From positions 2,272,001 to 2,336,000 of the forward strand of contig CBDFLE010000006.1 of assembly GCA_965248925.1 (NCBI GenBank): a stretch of DNA of 64,000 bases, read 5' to 3'. A model generated the notes under the pieces. That model saw only the letters and a program-made list of their open reading frames with translations. It was not told the DNA's origin and searched no databases. Positions 26,414 through 36,000 of this stretch are shown here, piece by piece. Each line of letters opens with the position of its first letter. The first letter of the stretch is position 1. Source of the stretch: Candidatus Multivoradales bacterium (GTDB taxonomy: Bacteria > Acidobacteriota > Thermoanaerobaculia > Multivoradales > J023). The translations under genes and the position numbers were made by a program.

Positions 26414-27981
26414 GGCGGCGTCTCCTCGCGGCGCGCGGCACTGTAGTAGCTGGCGCCGCGGACGTTGCGGTGCTCGATCGGCGCCGTCACTTCGGTGGGC
26501 TCGGGCGCTGCTTGCTGGTCCAGGCCGCTCTTCAGGATCGACTTCACGCTCTTGTAGGACAGGCCGTGAATGGCGAGCGCGCGGCGGCACGCAGCCTCCA
26601 AACGATTGGCACCATAGGTCTTGCCCAGGCGCATCAGCCCCAGACACGAGCGAAAGCCGTGCTGAGGATGGGAGCGGTTAAGCATGATGGTCTCCACCAG
26701 TTCGGCCGTCGCCTGGCCTGTTTTCGCCGCCCAGCTGATCAGCCGTGTCGGTGTCCACTCCAGGTACGCCTGGTGCGCTTTGGGCATGTGCTCGCTCTGG
26801 GTCGTGTGCCGACCCCGACACCGATTGCGACGATGAGCAGCCACACGCTTGCCGCGATCGAGCACCTCCACCAGTTGCGCCGTCGCCCGCAGATCGAGCT
26901 GCTTCTTGATCAGCTGGTACGGCACACTGTAATAGTGGCCCTCGAACTCGACGTGGTAGTCCGGGGCAACGCGTACCTTCTTCCATTCGGCAAGCTCGTA
27001 GGGCTGGAGCGGCAAAGCACCCAGAGCAGGACGATCGACCTGCTCGAACAGCGCTCGGCGCGAGACGCCCAACACCTTCAGCGGACGGTCGTTAAGCTCG
27101 ACCAGAAGCTTCGCGATGCTCTCGTTGAGCTCTCGCAGGCTGAAGAACTGCTGGTTACGCAGCCGGGCCAGAATCCAGCGCTCCACTTGCAATACACCGT
27201 TTTCGACCTTCGCCTTGTCTTGGGGCTTCCTCACCCGCGCCGGCACCACCGCCACGCCGTAGTGCTCGGCCAACTCCGCGTAGGTGCGATTGATCTCCGG
27301 CTCGTAGCGGCACGGGCTGGTCACGCCGCTCTTCAGATTGTCCGGCACCACCAGCTCGCTCACCCCGCCCAGAGCCGCGAAGGTCCGCACATGAGAGCCG
27401 ATCCAGTCCTCCAGGCCCTGGCTCCACGTTGATTCGGCATAGGTGTAGTTGCTCGCCCCCAGCACCGCCACGAAGATCTGCGCTTCGCGCGCTTTGCCAG
27501 TCGCCGGGTCGATCACCCTCACGGTCTGTCCGGCATAGTCGACGAACAGCTTCTCGCCCGCCCGGTAGGCTTGGCGCAGGCACACATCCAGGCGCCCTTC
27601 CCAGATCCGGTACAGCTGACAGAAGCGGCTGAGACCGTAGCCGTCAGGATGGTCCTCCCGGTACTCCTGCCACAGCAGCGACAGGGTTACGCACTTCTTC
27701 TTCAGCTCGCCATGCACCTTGGTCCAGTCGGGCAAGGCTCGCTGACCACCCCTCCGAAGCGGCTGCGGCCGAGGGTACAGGCGTTGCTCCAGCTCAGCGT
27801 CGCTCAAAGCTGCTACTTGCTCCCAGCTCAGGCCTTCAACCTTGGCTCGCAGCAGGTAGTTGCACACCGTCACGTGGCCCAGCCGAACCGACCGTCCGAT
27901 CTGGCGGTGCGACAGGCCATGCTGCCATTTCAGTCTCAGTACCTCGCGTATCTTGCGCATCGATGTCCTCACTCTCGGCAT
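26407..27981 (-). CDS. istA: IS21 transposase
   Basis: MRKIREVLRL, LLWQEY, GEKLFVDYAG, VPDNLKSGV, PARVRKPQDKAKVENGV, YYSVPY. Confidence 0.97.
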   Translation of the reverse strand: MPRVRTSMRKIREVLRLKWQHGLSHRQIGRSVRLGHVTVCNYLLRAKVEGLSWEQVAALSDAELEQRLYPRPQPLRRGGQRALPDWTKVHGELKKKCVTLSLLWQEYREDHPDGYGLSRFCQLYRIWEGRLDVCLRQAYRAGEKLFVDYAGQTVRVIDPATGKAREAQIFVAVLGASNYTYAESTWSQGLEDWIGSHVRTFAALGGVSELVVPDNLKSGVTSPCRYEPEINRTYAELAEHYGVAVVPARVRKPQDKAKVENGVLQVERWILARLRNQQFFSLRELNESIAKLLVELNDRPLKVLGVSRRALFEQVDRPALGALPLQPYELAEWKKVRVAPDYHVEFEGHYYSVPYQLIKKQLDLRATAQLVEVLDRGKRVAAHRRNRCRGRHTTQSEHMPKAHQAYLEWTPTRLISWAAKTGQATAELVETIMLNRSHPQHGFRSCLGLMRLGKTYGANRLEAACRRALAIHGLSYKSVKSILKSGLDQQAAPEPTEVTAPIEHRNVRGASYYSAARREETPPC

Positions 27982-28733
27982 CCAATCCTCCTTTCAAGGA
28001 GGCTGGAATACCCCAATTGTGAGGAGCGCGCTACCGTCGAACTCCGCCGTGGCCAGGATTCCGATCCAATCTGACCACCCATTCCGATCGACCCGGAAAA
28101 GTGGTCACTTTCGATCGGAATCGATGGTCAGATTCCGTTGGAATCACTGGTCACTTTCAATCGGAATCGGTGGTCGGTTTCCGTCGGTGCAGGCAGGAGT
28201 AGCAGGGCATCTTCGAAGGACGAGAAAGGCCACCGACAATCTCCCATGCGTGCGCACGGGAGAGGTAGATGATCTTCGCGAAGAGCGCAGAGCCATCGAT
28301 GCGGTTGGCCTCGCCCTCACGGGGATGATCGCTGGCTGTTGATGAAGAGAGTGCTTCCAGAATCCAAGAGGTGAAATGCTCCCGTCATGATGAAGAAGAT
28401 GTGGATGAGAGCCGAGGAGTCGGCGGACAGCTCAGGCAGACGCGAAGCCCGCCAATGGCGGGGTTGCGGTGTCGTCATGTCTGGCGAAGTTGTCGCACTC
28501 AGCGGTGGTTGCCGAGCAGCCACAAAGTGGCTGCCTATTACAGAACGGTCCGATTTCGCGTTGAGCTGCACAGCAGCCGCTCGTGAGCAAGTGAGCGATT
28601 GGCCGCACGCGTTCGCAGGGGAGCAAGATTGCAACTGCACCCCCCGTCCCGATGCAGTGCATCGGGACGGGTATCTCGCGATGGGCTGCCGCCCCTTCGA
28701 ACCCCAAGAAAAGAACCGGCAGCAGGAGGTTTG

Positions 28734-29996
28734 TCAGTTTTCTGGAGCCGCCGACTCGGACCCGGCCGAACCAGGTGTGCCAGGTTCCTCAGAGTTCAAG
28801 GCGACATCCTGTACCGCACCTTCATTGAGCAGCGATCGATCCAGCCGGAAAAGGGGGGAGCCTTCGGTATAGCCACGGAGCCAGACGTAGCGGGCGCCCA
28901 CCGCTACCTGGGTCAGTGTGCCATCGAGTCCTTCCGGCAGAGTGAACGCTGTGCGGCGTACTTCGTTGGTGCCGGGATCGAAGACATCCATTTGATAGAT
29001 GCCCTTGAAGGCTCTGCGATCGAGGAGCCAGTAGAGCTGTCCCGGATTCAAGCCCCAGTCGAGATCGACCATGACTGGCCTATCAAGGCGGGCGCTGATG
29101 CGGGTGAGCGCGCGCGACTCCGGCCTCTTCGCAAGATCTCGGCCAGGTGTTGGGAGTTTGGGATCACTGCCGGCTGGTTCCGCCGCAGCAGTGTCGGAAT
29201 CCTGCTCGACCTCAACAGTGGCTTCTTCGGCGGCGGGCAGCGTGAAATCCAACTCGGAATCATGGAGCTGATCCTCTAGCTCGAGATCAGGAGCGAGCTT
29301 GATGATCCGATAGCTCCCAAGTTCACCAGCCCACAGCGCGTTGTCTCCCCAGGTGAGGCGGAGGGAGCGAGCCGTCGCCGGGAGAGGATGCTCCATTTCG
29401 TTCTCGATCAAGCCTCTGGCAACGATGTCGCCATCGTCGTCATAGATCACCACGCGCGGGACCTCGTCACCAAACGACCGCCTGGCCAGAAAGGTGCCCT
29501 TGTGAACGGGATTCGGGACGTTGGTCAGCGCCAGGGCGAAGTCTCCTCGCGGCAGGGCCGCCACATCACTCGGCTGGAAGATCCGCTGTTGGGATCGCAA
29601 ACTGCCGTCGCGCGCGGAGAATACGGCGGCGCCGGTATGGCCGGAAAAAGCGATGTAGCCATCGCTGAAGCTCATGCGAATTAAGGTGATCGGATGCTCC
29701 AGCGCTTCAAGACGCAGGGGAACCGGATCGCCCCAGGACTGCCCTTTCTCCGTATAGCGCTGTACTACAGCCAGTTCAGGCAAGTAGACGAACAGCTCTC
29801 GGCCTTTGTCACCGGTCGCGATCAGGGCGTCTTTGGCAACAATCGCAGCCAGCTCTTCAGGAGCCAACTCTGCCGCAATACGGGGAACCGAAGTCCCCGC
29901 TTTTTCCACGGCGGACAGCGAACTCGCCGCCAGCCAGAACACGGCAAGCGACCACACGAAGGGGCGGATGGGGAACATTCGATCCGCGCCTAGCAA
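28734..29996 (-). CDS. Exported beta-propeller-like protein
   Basis: Signal peptide and beta-strand-rich repeats (LFVYLP..VQRY, LWAGELGSYRIIKL, MDVFDP); coupled to the upstream peptide gene. Confidence 0.7.
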   Translation of the reverse strand: MLGADRMFPIRPFVWSLAVFWLAASSLSAVEKAGTSVPRIAAELAPEELAAIVAKDALIATGDKGRELFVYLPELAVVQRYTEKGQSWGDPVPLRLEALEHPITLIRMSFSDGYIAFSGHTGAAVFSARDGSLRSQQRIFQPSDVAALPRGDFALALTNVPNPVHKGTFLARRSFGDEVPRVVIYDDDGDIVARGLIENEMEHPLPATARSLRLTWGDNALWAGELGSYRIIKLAPDLELEDQLHDSELDFTLPAAEEATVEVEQDSDTAAAEPAGSDPKLPTPGRDLAKRPESRALTRISARLDRPVMVDLDWGLNPGQLYWLLDRRAFKGIYQMDVFDPGTNEVRRTAFTLPEGLDGTLTQVAVGARYVWLRGYTEGSPLFRLDRSLLNEGAVQDVALNSEEPGTPGSAGSESAAPEN

Positions 29997-30172
29997 TTGG
30001 TGGAGTTTTCCACAGACAGATACCAGACGACGTTGTGGTTATCGTCTTCGGTCGTGCAGATCCAACCCCCGTCCCAACAGTTGCAAGCGGTGTGCTGGGC
30101 CGCTACTGGCAGGGCAGCAAAAGCCAGAAGTATCAGAATTCCGACGAACGGCAAACGAACTCTTTTCTTCAT
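29990..30172 (-). CDS. 60-aa secreted peptide with 4 Cys
   Basis: MKKRVRLPFVGILILLAFAALPVAA signal peptide; mature QHTACNCWDGGWIC...NC; TAATG overlap with the upstream gene and a GAAGGA RBS. Confidence 0.8.
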   Translation of the reverse strand: MKKRVRLPFVGILILLAFAALPVAAQHTACNCWDGGWICTTEDDNHNVVWYLSVENSTNC

Positions 30173-30561
30173 TACTGTTTTCCTTCCGAATAGAGAACGA
30201 GTGTTGGTGGCGTGCCTTCAACGTCCCAGGAACAGTGGCTCTGCTGGCAGACCTCATCGAGAGCATCTCGCAGCGGCCGCAGGGAAACTTCGCCCTGAAA
30301 CTCAGCGTCAGCATCTCCCACGACTTCCAGTCGACCACCGAAAAGAGCGAAGGCAAGATCAGCAAACACTTGCCGCACCGGCCTGGCTTCATAGGCCGCG
30401 AACTCAACTGCGTTGTCGAGGATCGCGAGGTCACTGTGCTGAGCCGAGTGGCTCTGAACCTCGTTGCTACTTACTGGCGTTGGGGATGAGGGGTTGGAAG
30501 ACGTGCAGCCCGCCACAGGCAGCACCAGGAGCGAGGCCAGGAGCGAGGCCAGGCGGGTCAT
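30172..30561 (-). CDS. Lipoprotein with STN-like (secretin/TonB N-terminal) domain
   Basis: GGAGG RBS; lipobox VAGC; PVRQVFADLA...PLRDALDEVCQQSHCSW. Confidence 0.7.
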   Translation of the reverse strand: MTRLASLLASLLVLPVAGCTSSNPSSPTPVSSNEVQSHSAQHSDLAILDNAVEFAAYEARPVRQVFADLAFALFGGRLEVVGDADAEFQGEVSLRPLRDALDEVCQQSHCSWDVEGTPPTLVLYSEGKQ

Positions 30562-30909
30562 ATCGTCGCCCTCCAAACAAGGAGAAGTAGGCGGCGCGAA
30601 AGGTTGTGCTGTAGAGCGCCGCTTGAGGGACAGAAGTCTATCAGCATTCGCCGGCTTTCGATAATGCCCTAACTGGAGAGCGAGATCGAATCTACCGAAC
30701 CTTGCTCCCGCCAGCCCGCGGAGATGCGATTTCCAGATCCAGATCTTAAGCATTCGTTAAATCCGTTTCGGTGGGAACCGGCATGCAGGCTGGCTTTCCG
30801 GCTGCCGAGGGGAAGACGCAATAGCTTCGTTGGCAGCCAGTATTTGGGTAGCGTAGCGCCCGCGTCTTGTGAAAGACGTATCTTTTCTACTTCTTTTTCC
30901 CCCATCCCC

Positions 30910-31251
30910 ATGCACGGCACCTACACCCACCGCATCACCAGCAACCTTTACCCCGACCAGTATTTCCAAATCTCCCACGCCGCCCGGAAATTTGACATGC
31001 GCGTCGCCCCCTTCGCCCGCGACGTCACCCTCGCCTATCTCGAGAAGCGCTCCCTCCTGCCCGCTTCTCTGGAAAAGAGGCTGCGCGGTATGATCCGCAA
31101 GATCCGCCGCGTCGGCACCAACCTCAACCAGATTGCCGCTCGCGCCAACACCTACCAACGCACCACTCACGATAACCTCAAGAAAGCCGGCGAACTCGTC
31201 ATCCAGCTCGAACGCCAGGTCACCATCCTCCGCTCGACGCTGGAGTCTTAG
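30910..31251 (+). CDS. mobC: Plasmid mobilisation relaxosome protein MobC
   Basis: IRRVGTNLNQIAARAN signature. Confidence 0.85.
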   Translation: MHGTYTHRITSNLYPDQYFQISHAARKFDMRVAPFARDVTLAYLEKRSLLPASLEKRLRGMIRKIRRVGTNLNQIAARANTYQRTTHDNLKKAGELVIQLERQVTILRSTLES

Positions 31252-31267
31252 CCCAATTCCGCACCCG

Positions 31268-31537
31268 ATGATCATCAAGTCGATGGCGCGTAAGAGCGCC
31301 TCGTTCCGGCAACTCCTCAGCTACATCAGTCGTGTGGAAAAGAGAAGCCGCGCGTTGCTCCACAACCTGCGCTGTGAGAAGGACGATCTGGCGGCGATCA
31401 GCCGGGAGTTCAACGCCAACGCCCAGCTCATGCCACCACGCAAGAACGGAAACACCCGCTATCACGAAGTGCTCAGCTTCGCAGCCGCAGATCGGGAGGA
31501 AGCCACACTGGCTGTGCTTGAGGATGTTAGCGGCTGA
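31268..31537 (+). pseudogene. Truncated relaxase (MOBP-like N-terminus)
   Basis: MIIKSMARKSASFRQLLSYI (motif I Tyr) and YHEVLSF (motif II); stops before the HxH motif III; directly downstream of mobC. Confidence 0.8.
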
Positions 31538-31980
31538 GCAAGAACGTCTCTATTCGGAGTAATCCGAGCCCGAGTGCTGCCCCTGCTCGCGACGGGTGGT
31601 GCTTTGGAGATATTTGAGAGACCCCTAGATGTCTTCAGGGCCGGGTGCTGCGCTCTATCGTCGCTTCCACACCATCTCGGTATCGCGCCTGTAATCAGCT
31701 TGTAGTCGCCACGAAAGATCTTGTGCCTTCTGTCGTCGTCCCGACGACTTGCAACGGGTCTCGCGAAGTGATGGAACCAAGCTTCTTCCAGATTTCCTGG
31801 GCGGTTTGAAGACGACAGGATCGCCAGATCAGCACTTCAACCGCCTTGGCGACTCCCATACTCCTTGCGGGCTTCCGCCCACCCTTCGCTCGAAGCAAGA
31901 GAAGGAGTCGAAGGACGGGCAAAGCATGCCGGCACTCTGCTTTGGCCTCGCTTCTGAGCCAAGCTTGCGGCTCACCGCTA

Positions 31981-32498
31981 TCACTCGGTGGACCGTCCAA
32001 CTTCGCCGGCAATCGCCAGCACTTCCTCGACCAAAGCATCACCAAGTCGAACGCCCTCTGCCGGATCGCTCGGACGACAGGGCCGATTTCGGAAAGCAGT
32101 CCCTCTCGCTTCGCCTTCAAGAGAACACCGAGAGTTCCCGTCAGCGAGATGCCTAGGCGCCTGGCGTGGCGACGGCCGAGACGTTCGTCGATCACCACCA
32201 AGTCGGCGCCTCGCTCTTGAGCCAGGGCAACAACCTCGGCTTCGCCCCGGTCCAGGTCTGACAAAAGATCGACCCGGTGCGGGTCTCGCAACTCCACGGA
32301 CTTGATCCAAGGTGGGGCGGCGAGCCGGGGCGCACCGGCTCGAGTCGGCCCGCCAGCCTGGACTTCCAGGCGAACAGCGGCGGGGATCAGGACAGTGTCG
32401 TAAAGGTCGCGCAGCAAGTCGAGTTGATCAACGATGGCCAAGGTAATGATGGGCGTCGAGTTGACGACCACCACGCGGCGGCGGTCTTCATCAGGCAT
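31981..32498 (-). pseudogene. DUF3368 (PIN-like) toxin with a C-terminal frameshift
   Basis: VVVNSTPII, LDRGEAEVVALA, VIDERLGR, TGTLGVLL. The expected ending EGVRLGDALVEEVLAIAGE lies in another frame after about 32060, consistent with a 1-nt loss or sequencing error. Confidence 0.8.
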
Positions 32499-32605
32499 TA
32501 GCGAGATCCTGCCGAAGCTCCTCGGGATCGACGCCAACTGCCGACAACCCGAAGCGGCCCAGCAGGAACATGAACTCCACACGCCCCACCCCGGGCAGCG
32601 CGAGG
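32491..32605 (-). pseudogene. C-terminal remnant of a UPF0175-type antitoxin
   Basis: ARVGRVEFMFLLGRFGLSAVGVDPEELRQDLANA* overlapping the toxin start; N-terminus replaced by the HTH module. Confidence 0.65.
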
Positions 32606-32741
32606 GCTAGCAAGGCAAAGAGCAGGCAGCGGACACGGCGCATGACAACAGACTGCTTTGGGCGATTCCGAGTACGGGCTCAGGATGAATTGCGGAGATA
32701 ATTCGTATCAGTTTCTTGTCAACGACCTCTATCATCGGCGC

Positions 32742-32975
32742 ATGCGCCAACTGCGGCTGGATGAGGAGAGCGAACACCTGCGCCAGCTCCTGCAGGAGAT
32801 CCGGCGCGAGTTGGGCGTCACCCAGGTCGAACTCGCAGAGCGCTTGGATGTGCCGCAGTCCTTCGTCTCGAAGTACGAGACGGGCGAACGGCAGTTGGAG
32901 TTCGTGACGGTGGAGGCGGTGTGCCGGGCGTTGGGGCTGGGGTTTGGGGAGTTTGTGGGGCGGTGGGAACTCTAG
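32742..32975 (+). CDS. XRE-family HTH transcriptional regulator
   Basis: LQEIRRELGVTQVELAERLDVPQSFVSKYETGERQL. Confidence 0.9.
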   Translation: MRQLRLDEESEHLRQLLQEIRRELGVTQVELAERLDVPQSFVSKYETGERQLEFVTVEAVCRALGLGFGEFVGRWEL

Positions 32976-33021
32976 ATCGCCCCGACGCTATATCAGCGCC
33001 GGGACAACCTGCAGGCTAGAC

Positions 33022-36000
33022 CTACTGTTCAGTTGAAGACCAGAACGTCGTATCACCCGACTCGAAGCCGTCGTGGAACAGCAGGCCCAGCGGGCAGACT
33101 GCGGCATCCAAGATCACCACGTCATCGACCCACCAGCCCAAGCCGTCGCTCACGGCATCATCCGAACCCATCCGCCAGCGGAAGCGCACGCTGTGGCCAG
33201 CCAGGTCGCTGAGATCGACAATGGTGTTGACCCAGCCACTGCTGATTCCCGACCAAGCCTGGCGACCAGCCAGTGGATTGGCACAGCAAACATCGAGGCT
33301 GCTGTTGTAAGGCTCCGACACGAATCGTGCTGAGTTGGCAGGAATCGCGGCGCCATCGCCGTCCAGGATGTCGAACCAACTGATCGCACCATCCACCGAG
33401 TACTCCAGCACACCGCCGTCGAAGCCTGCTTCGGTTTCGTAGCGTTGCCAGAATTGGAGCGTGGCGCCGGTATCGACTAGTGGCGTGCTGAACGCAGCCA
33501 CCAGCAATTGGTCTTTGACCTGATCCTCCTCGCTGGCGAACCAGGACTGCGTGGGCGAATAGCTGTCGCTGCTCGTGACCACCCACGGCGTCGTGCCGCC
33601 GCCATCGTTCGGACCCGTTGCCGTGTTCCAGTTGACGGTGCCGTTTTCTATTTCATCGACACAGCTGATCGCGAAATCGGCACTGATCGTGACATCAGCC
33701 TCCATTGACAACTCGCATGTTTCCGTTCTGACGCAACCTCCGCCGCTCCAGACGCTGAACTTCGAACCTACGCCAGCTAGAGCGCTGAGGGAAACAGCCG
33801 CCTGATAGGGATAGCTTTCCGTGCAGTCGTTGCCACAGTCAATTCCCGCTGTGGCGCTGACCACCCTGCCGTTCCCGGCACCGGTGCGCTCAACCGCCAA
33901 CTCGTAGTCACTCGGCTCGAACGTCCCGGTGATAGTCAGGGCGCCTTCCAAGATGAAGGTGCAGGGGTCGCTATCCGGACAAGCCGCCAGATCCCAGCTG
34001 ACGAAGGAAGAAACCGGTTCGGCAATGGGCGTCAAAGTCACCTCAGTGCCATGATCGAATTCGGCCGTGCACTCTGGCTCGCAGGCGATCCCAGCGGGAT
34101 CACTGACAATCGTTCCGGCACCATCCACGATCACCGTCAGCAGATACCGATTCCGTTCGAAAGTCGCCGTGATGGTTGTATCCGCCGTGACGGTGACTGC
34201 GCAGGAGTCAGTACCTGGACAGTTCGGGTCATCCCAGCCGATGAAGTGAGAGCCCGTTCCAGGCGTCGCGGTCAGCGTGACCACTTCGCCATAGGTGAAG
34301 GTTGCTGAGCAGGTTGGTTGGCAACTGATCGCAGCTGGACTGCTCAGCACTGTCCCGTTACCGTCAACCTCCACTGTGAGTTCATAGTCCCGCGGTTCGA
34401 AGCGCGCCGTCACCTGTTTGTCGCTGTCCATGACCAGAGGGCAGTTTCCCGAGCCGCTGCAGTCGCCACCCCATTCGATGAACTCAGAACCCGCAGCGGG
34501 CGTTGTACTCAGCACGATCGGCGTGCCCGTGGGATAGGCCTCGCTACAGTCGTCGCCACAGTTGATGCCATTGGGCGAGGCGATCACCGTACCGGTTCCA
34601 GCACCGATCTTCGTCACGACCAGATTCTTGAAAGTCTGAGCCACCGGGAAAGCGTAGTCTTCGACTTCGCCGTCCAGCGCCAGTCCGGAGAAAGCGAGCC
34701 CACCGCTACTGCTGAAGCGGAAGCGCGCGAACGCCACCGCACCCGGAGTAGCTCCGCACGGCACGCTGATACTCAGCGAATTGGTACCGGCAACAAGTGC
34801 CAAGCTGGTGACTACCTGTTCGCCAGCATCGACCCAATCACCAGCGGTGTTGAAATCGATCCAGGCATCGAGCAGACCAGCGCTGGCTGCCACGACCTCC
34901 AGATCGGCGGTCTGGCAGGGCGTCAGCGCGGTCAGAACAATGACCCCATCCTCATCGGCAGCACCGCTGAGATTGTCACCATCGGCTGCCAAACTGGGCT
35001 GACCATCGACCTCGCCGTCAACTACCGCCCCGAGATGGAGCCCAGGCACGATGCCATGCCGGGCACCGTTGTCTGCCAACTTCGTCGGATACGCCCACGG
35101 TGGCCCCAGCGCTGTATCCGGCGCATCGCCAAAGTCCAGGTCACGCAGCGTCGTGGTGTCGCTGCCCTGATTATTGGTCGGATCCGGATCGGTGCTGCTC
35201 GCACCAGCAGAAACAGTAGCAGTCTGTATGATGCTGCCCGTCGCCCCGGCGGCAATCCGGCCCTGGATCTCGTAGATCTTGGACTCAGCCGGCCCCACCG
35301 TCACCGCATCGATGAGATCGCCGATCTGAGTGGGGGTACAAGCGCTGCCGGCACACCAGAGCACATCCGTGAGCTGTGGGAAAGCCGCCTGGACATTCGC
35401 CCCGCTGGCCATACTCGGCCCGTTGTTCGTGACCGTCAAGGTGTAGCCAGTGGGCTGGCCTGGCACCGCCAAGGCCAGCCCATCGTCGATCACCGCTAGG
35501 AGATCAGCCTGGTGCTCGACCACCAGTCGTACCACCTGTTGGTCATCGGAAGTCTCTGGCGTACCGTCAGAAACTGTGACGGTCACGTCCCACGCGCCAG
35601 CCGGGAAGTCGGCGGCAGACGACCAGTTGAAGACCGCACTCTGTGGCCCGGTAGAGGTCACCGTAGCGCCAGCAGGCGGGTTGGTCAGCGCGAACGTGAG
35701 GTTGTCGCCATTCTCATCTTGTGCTGTGACCTCAAGGCTCAACGCAGTGCCTGCGACTACGGTAATCGGCGAGGGGATGGGATCGAGCACGGGCGGTCGC
35801 TCCGGCCCCGCTACCCGCAGGATTTTCATTTCGGACTCGTTGTTGCTGAAGTTCAGCTCCGGAATCTGACCGGGTCCCGGTGGATTGATACGAGCCCAGA
35901 TCCTGTGCTCACCAGGAACCGAAGGCGCCACGACTGGCAGCTCGAACTGGTGGAAAGACGTAAAGTGACCGCGAACATCCGAGTAAGTGTCATAGAGCAC

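Larger units (their letters stand above)
25295..28195 (-). mobile_element. IS21-family insertion sequence
   Basis: istA and istB; terminal IRs TGCCTATTCCGACGAAACTGACCA and (rev-comp) TGCCTGCACCGACGGAAACCGACCA with multiple subterminal repeats; no flanking target duplication seen. Confidence 0.93.

Noticed and set aside
28055-28195. Several ~22-bp repeats (ATTCCGATC/GATCGGAAT, TGGTCACTTTC) that look like a short array
   Set aside because: They are the subterminal transposase-binding repeats typical of IS21 ends; no unique spacers and no cas genes, so not CRISPR.
28317-28478. Possible ExbD-like remnant (PELSADSSALIHIFFIMTGAF) beside the IS21 end
   Set aside because: Similarity is too short and weak to call without a search.
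30830-30885. Possible oriT upstream of mobC (CGTCTT-GTG-AAAGACG inverted repeat)
   Set aside because: Position is plausible but I cannot match a nic consensus confidently, and the cognate relaxase is truncated.
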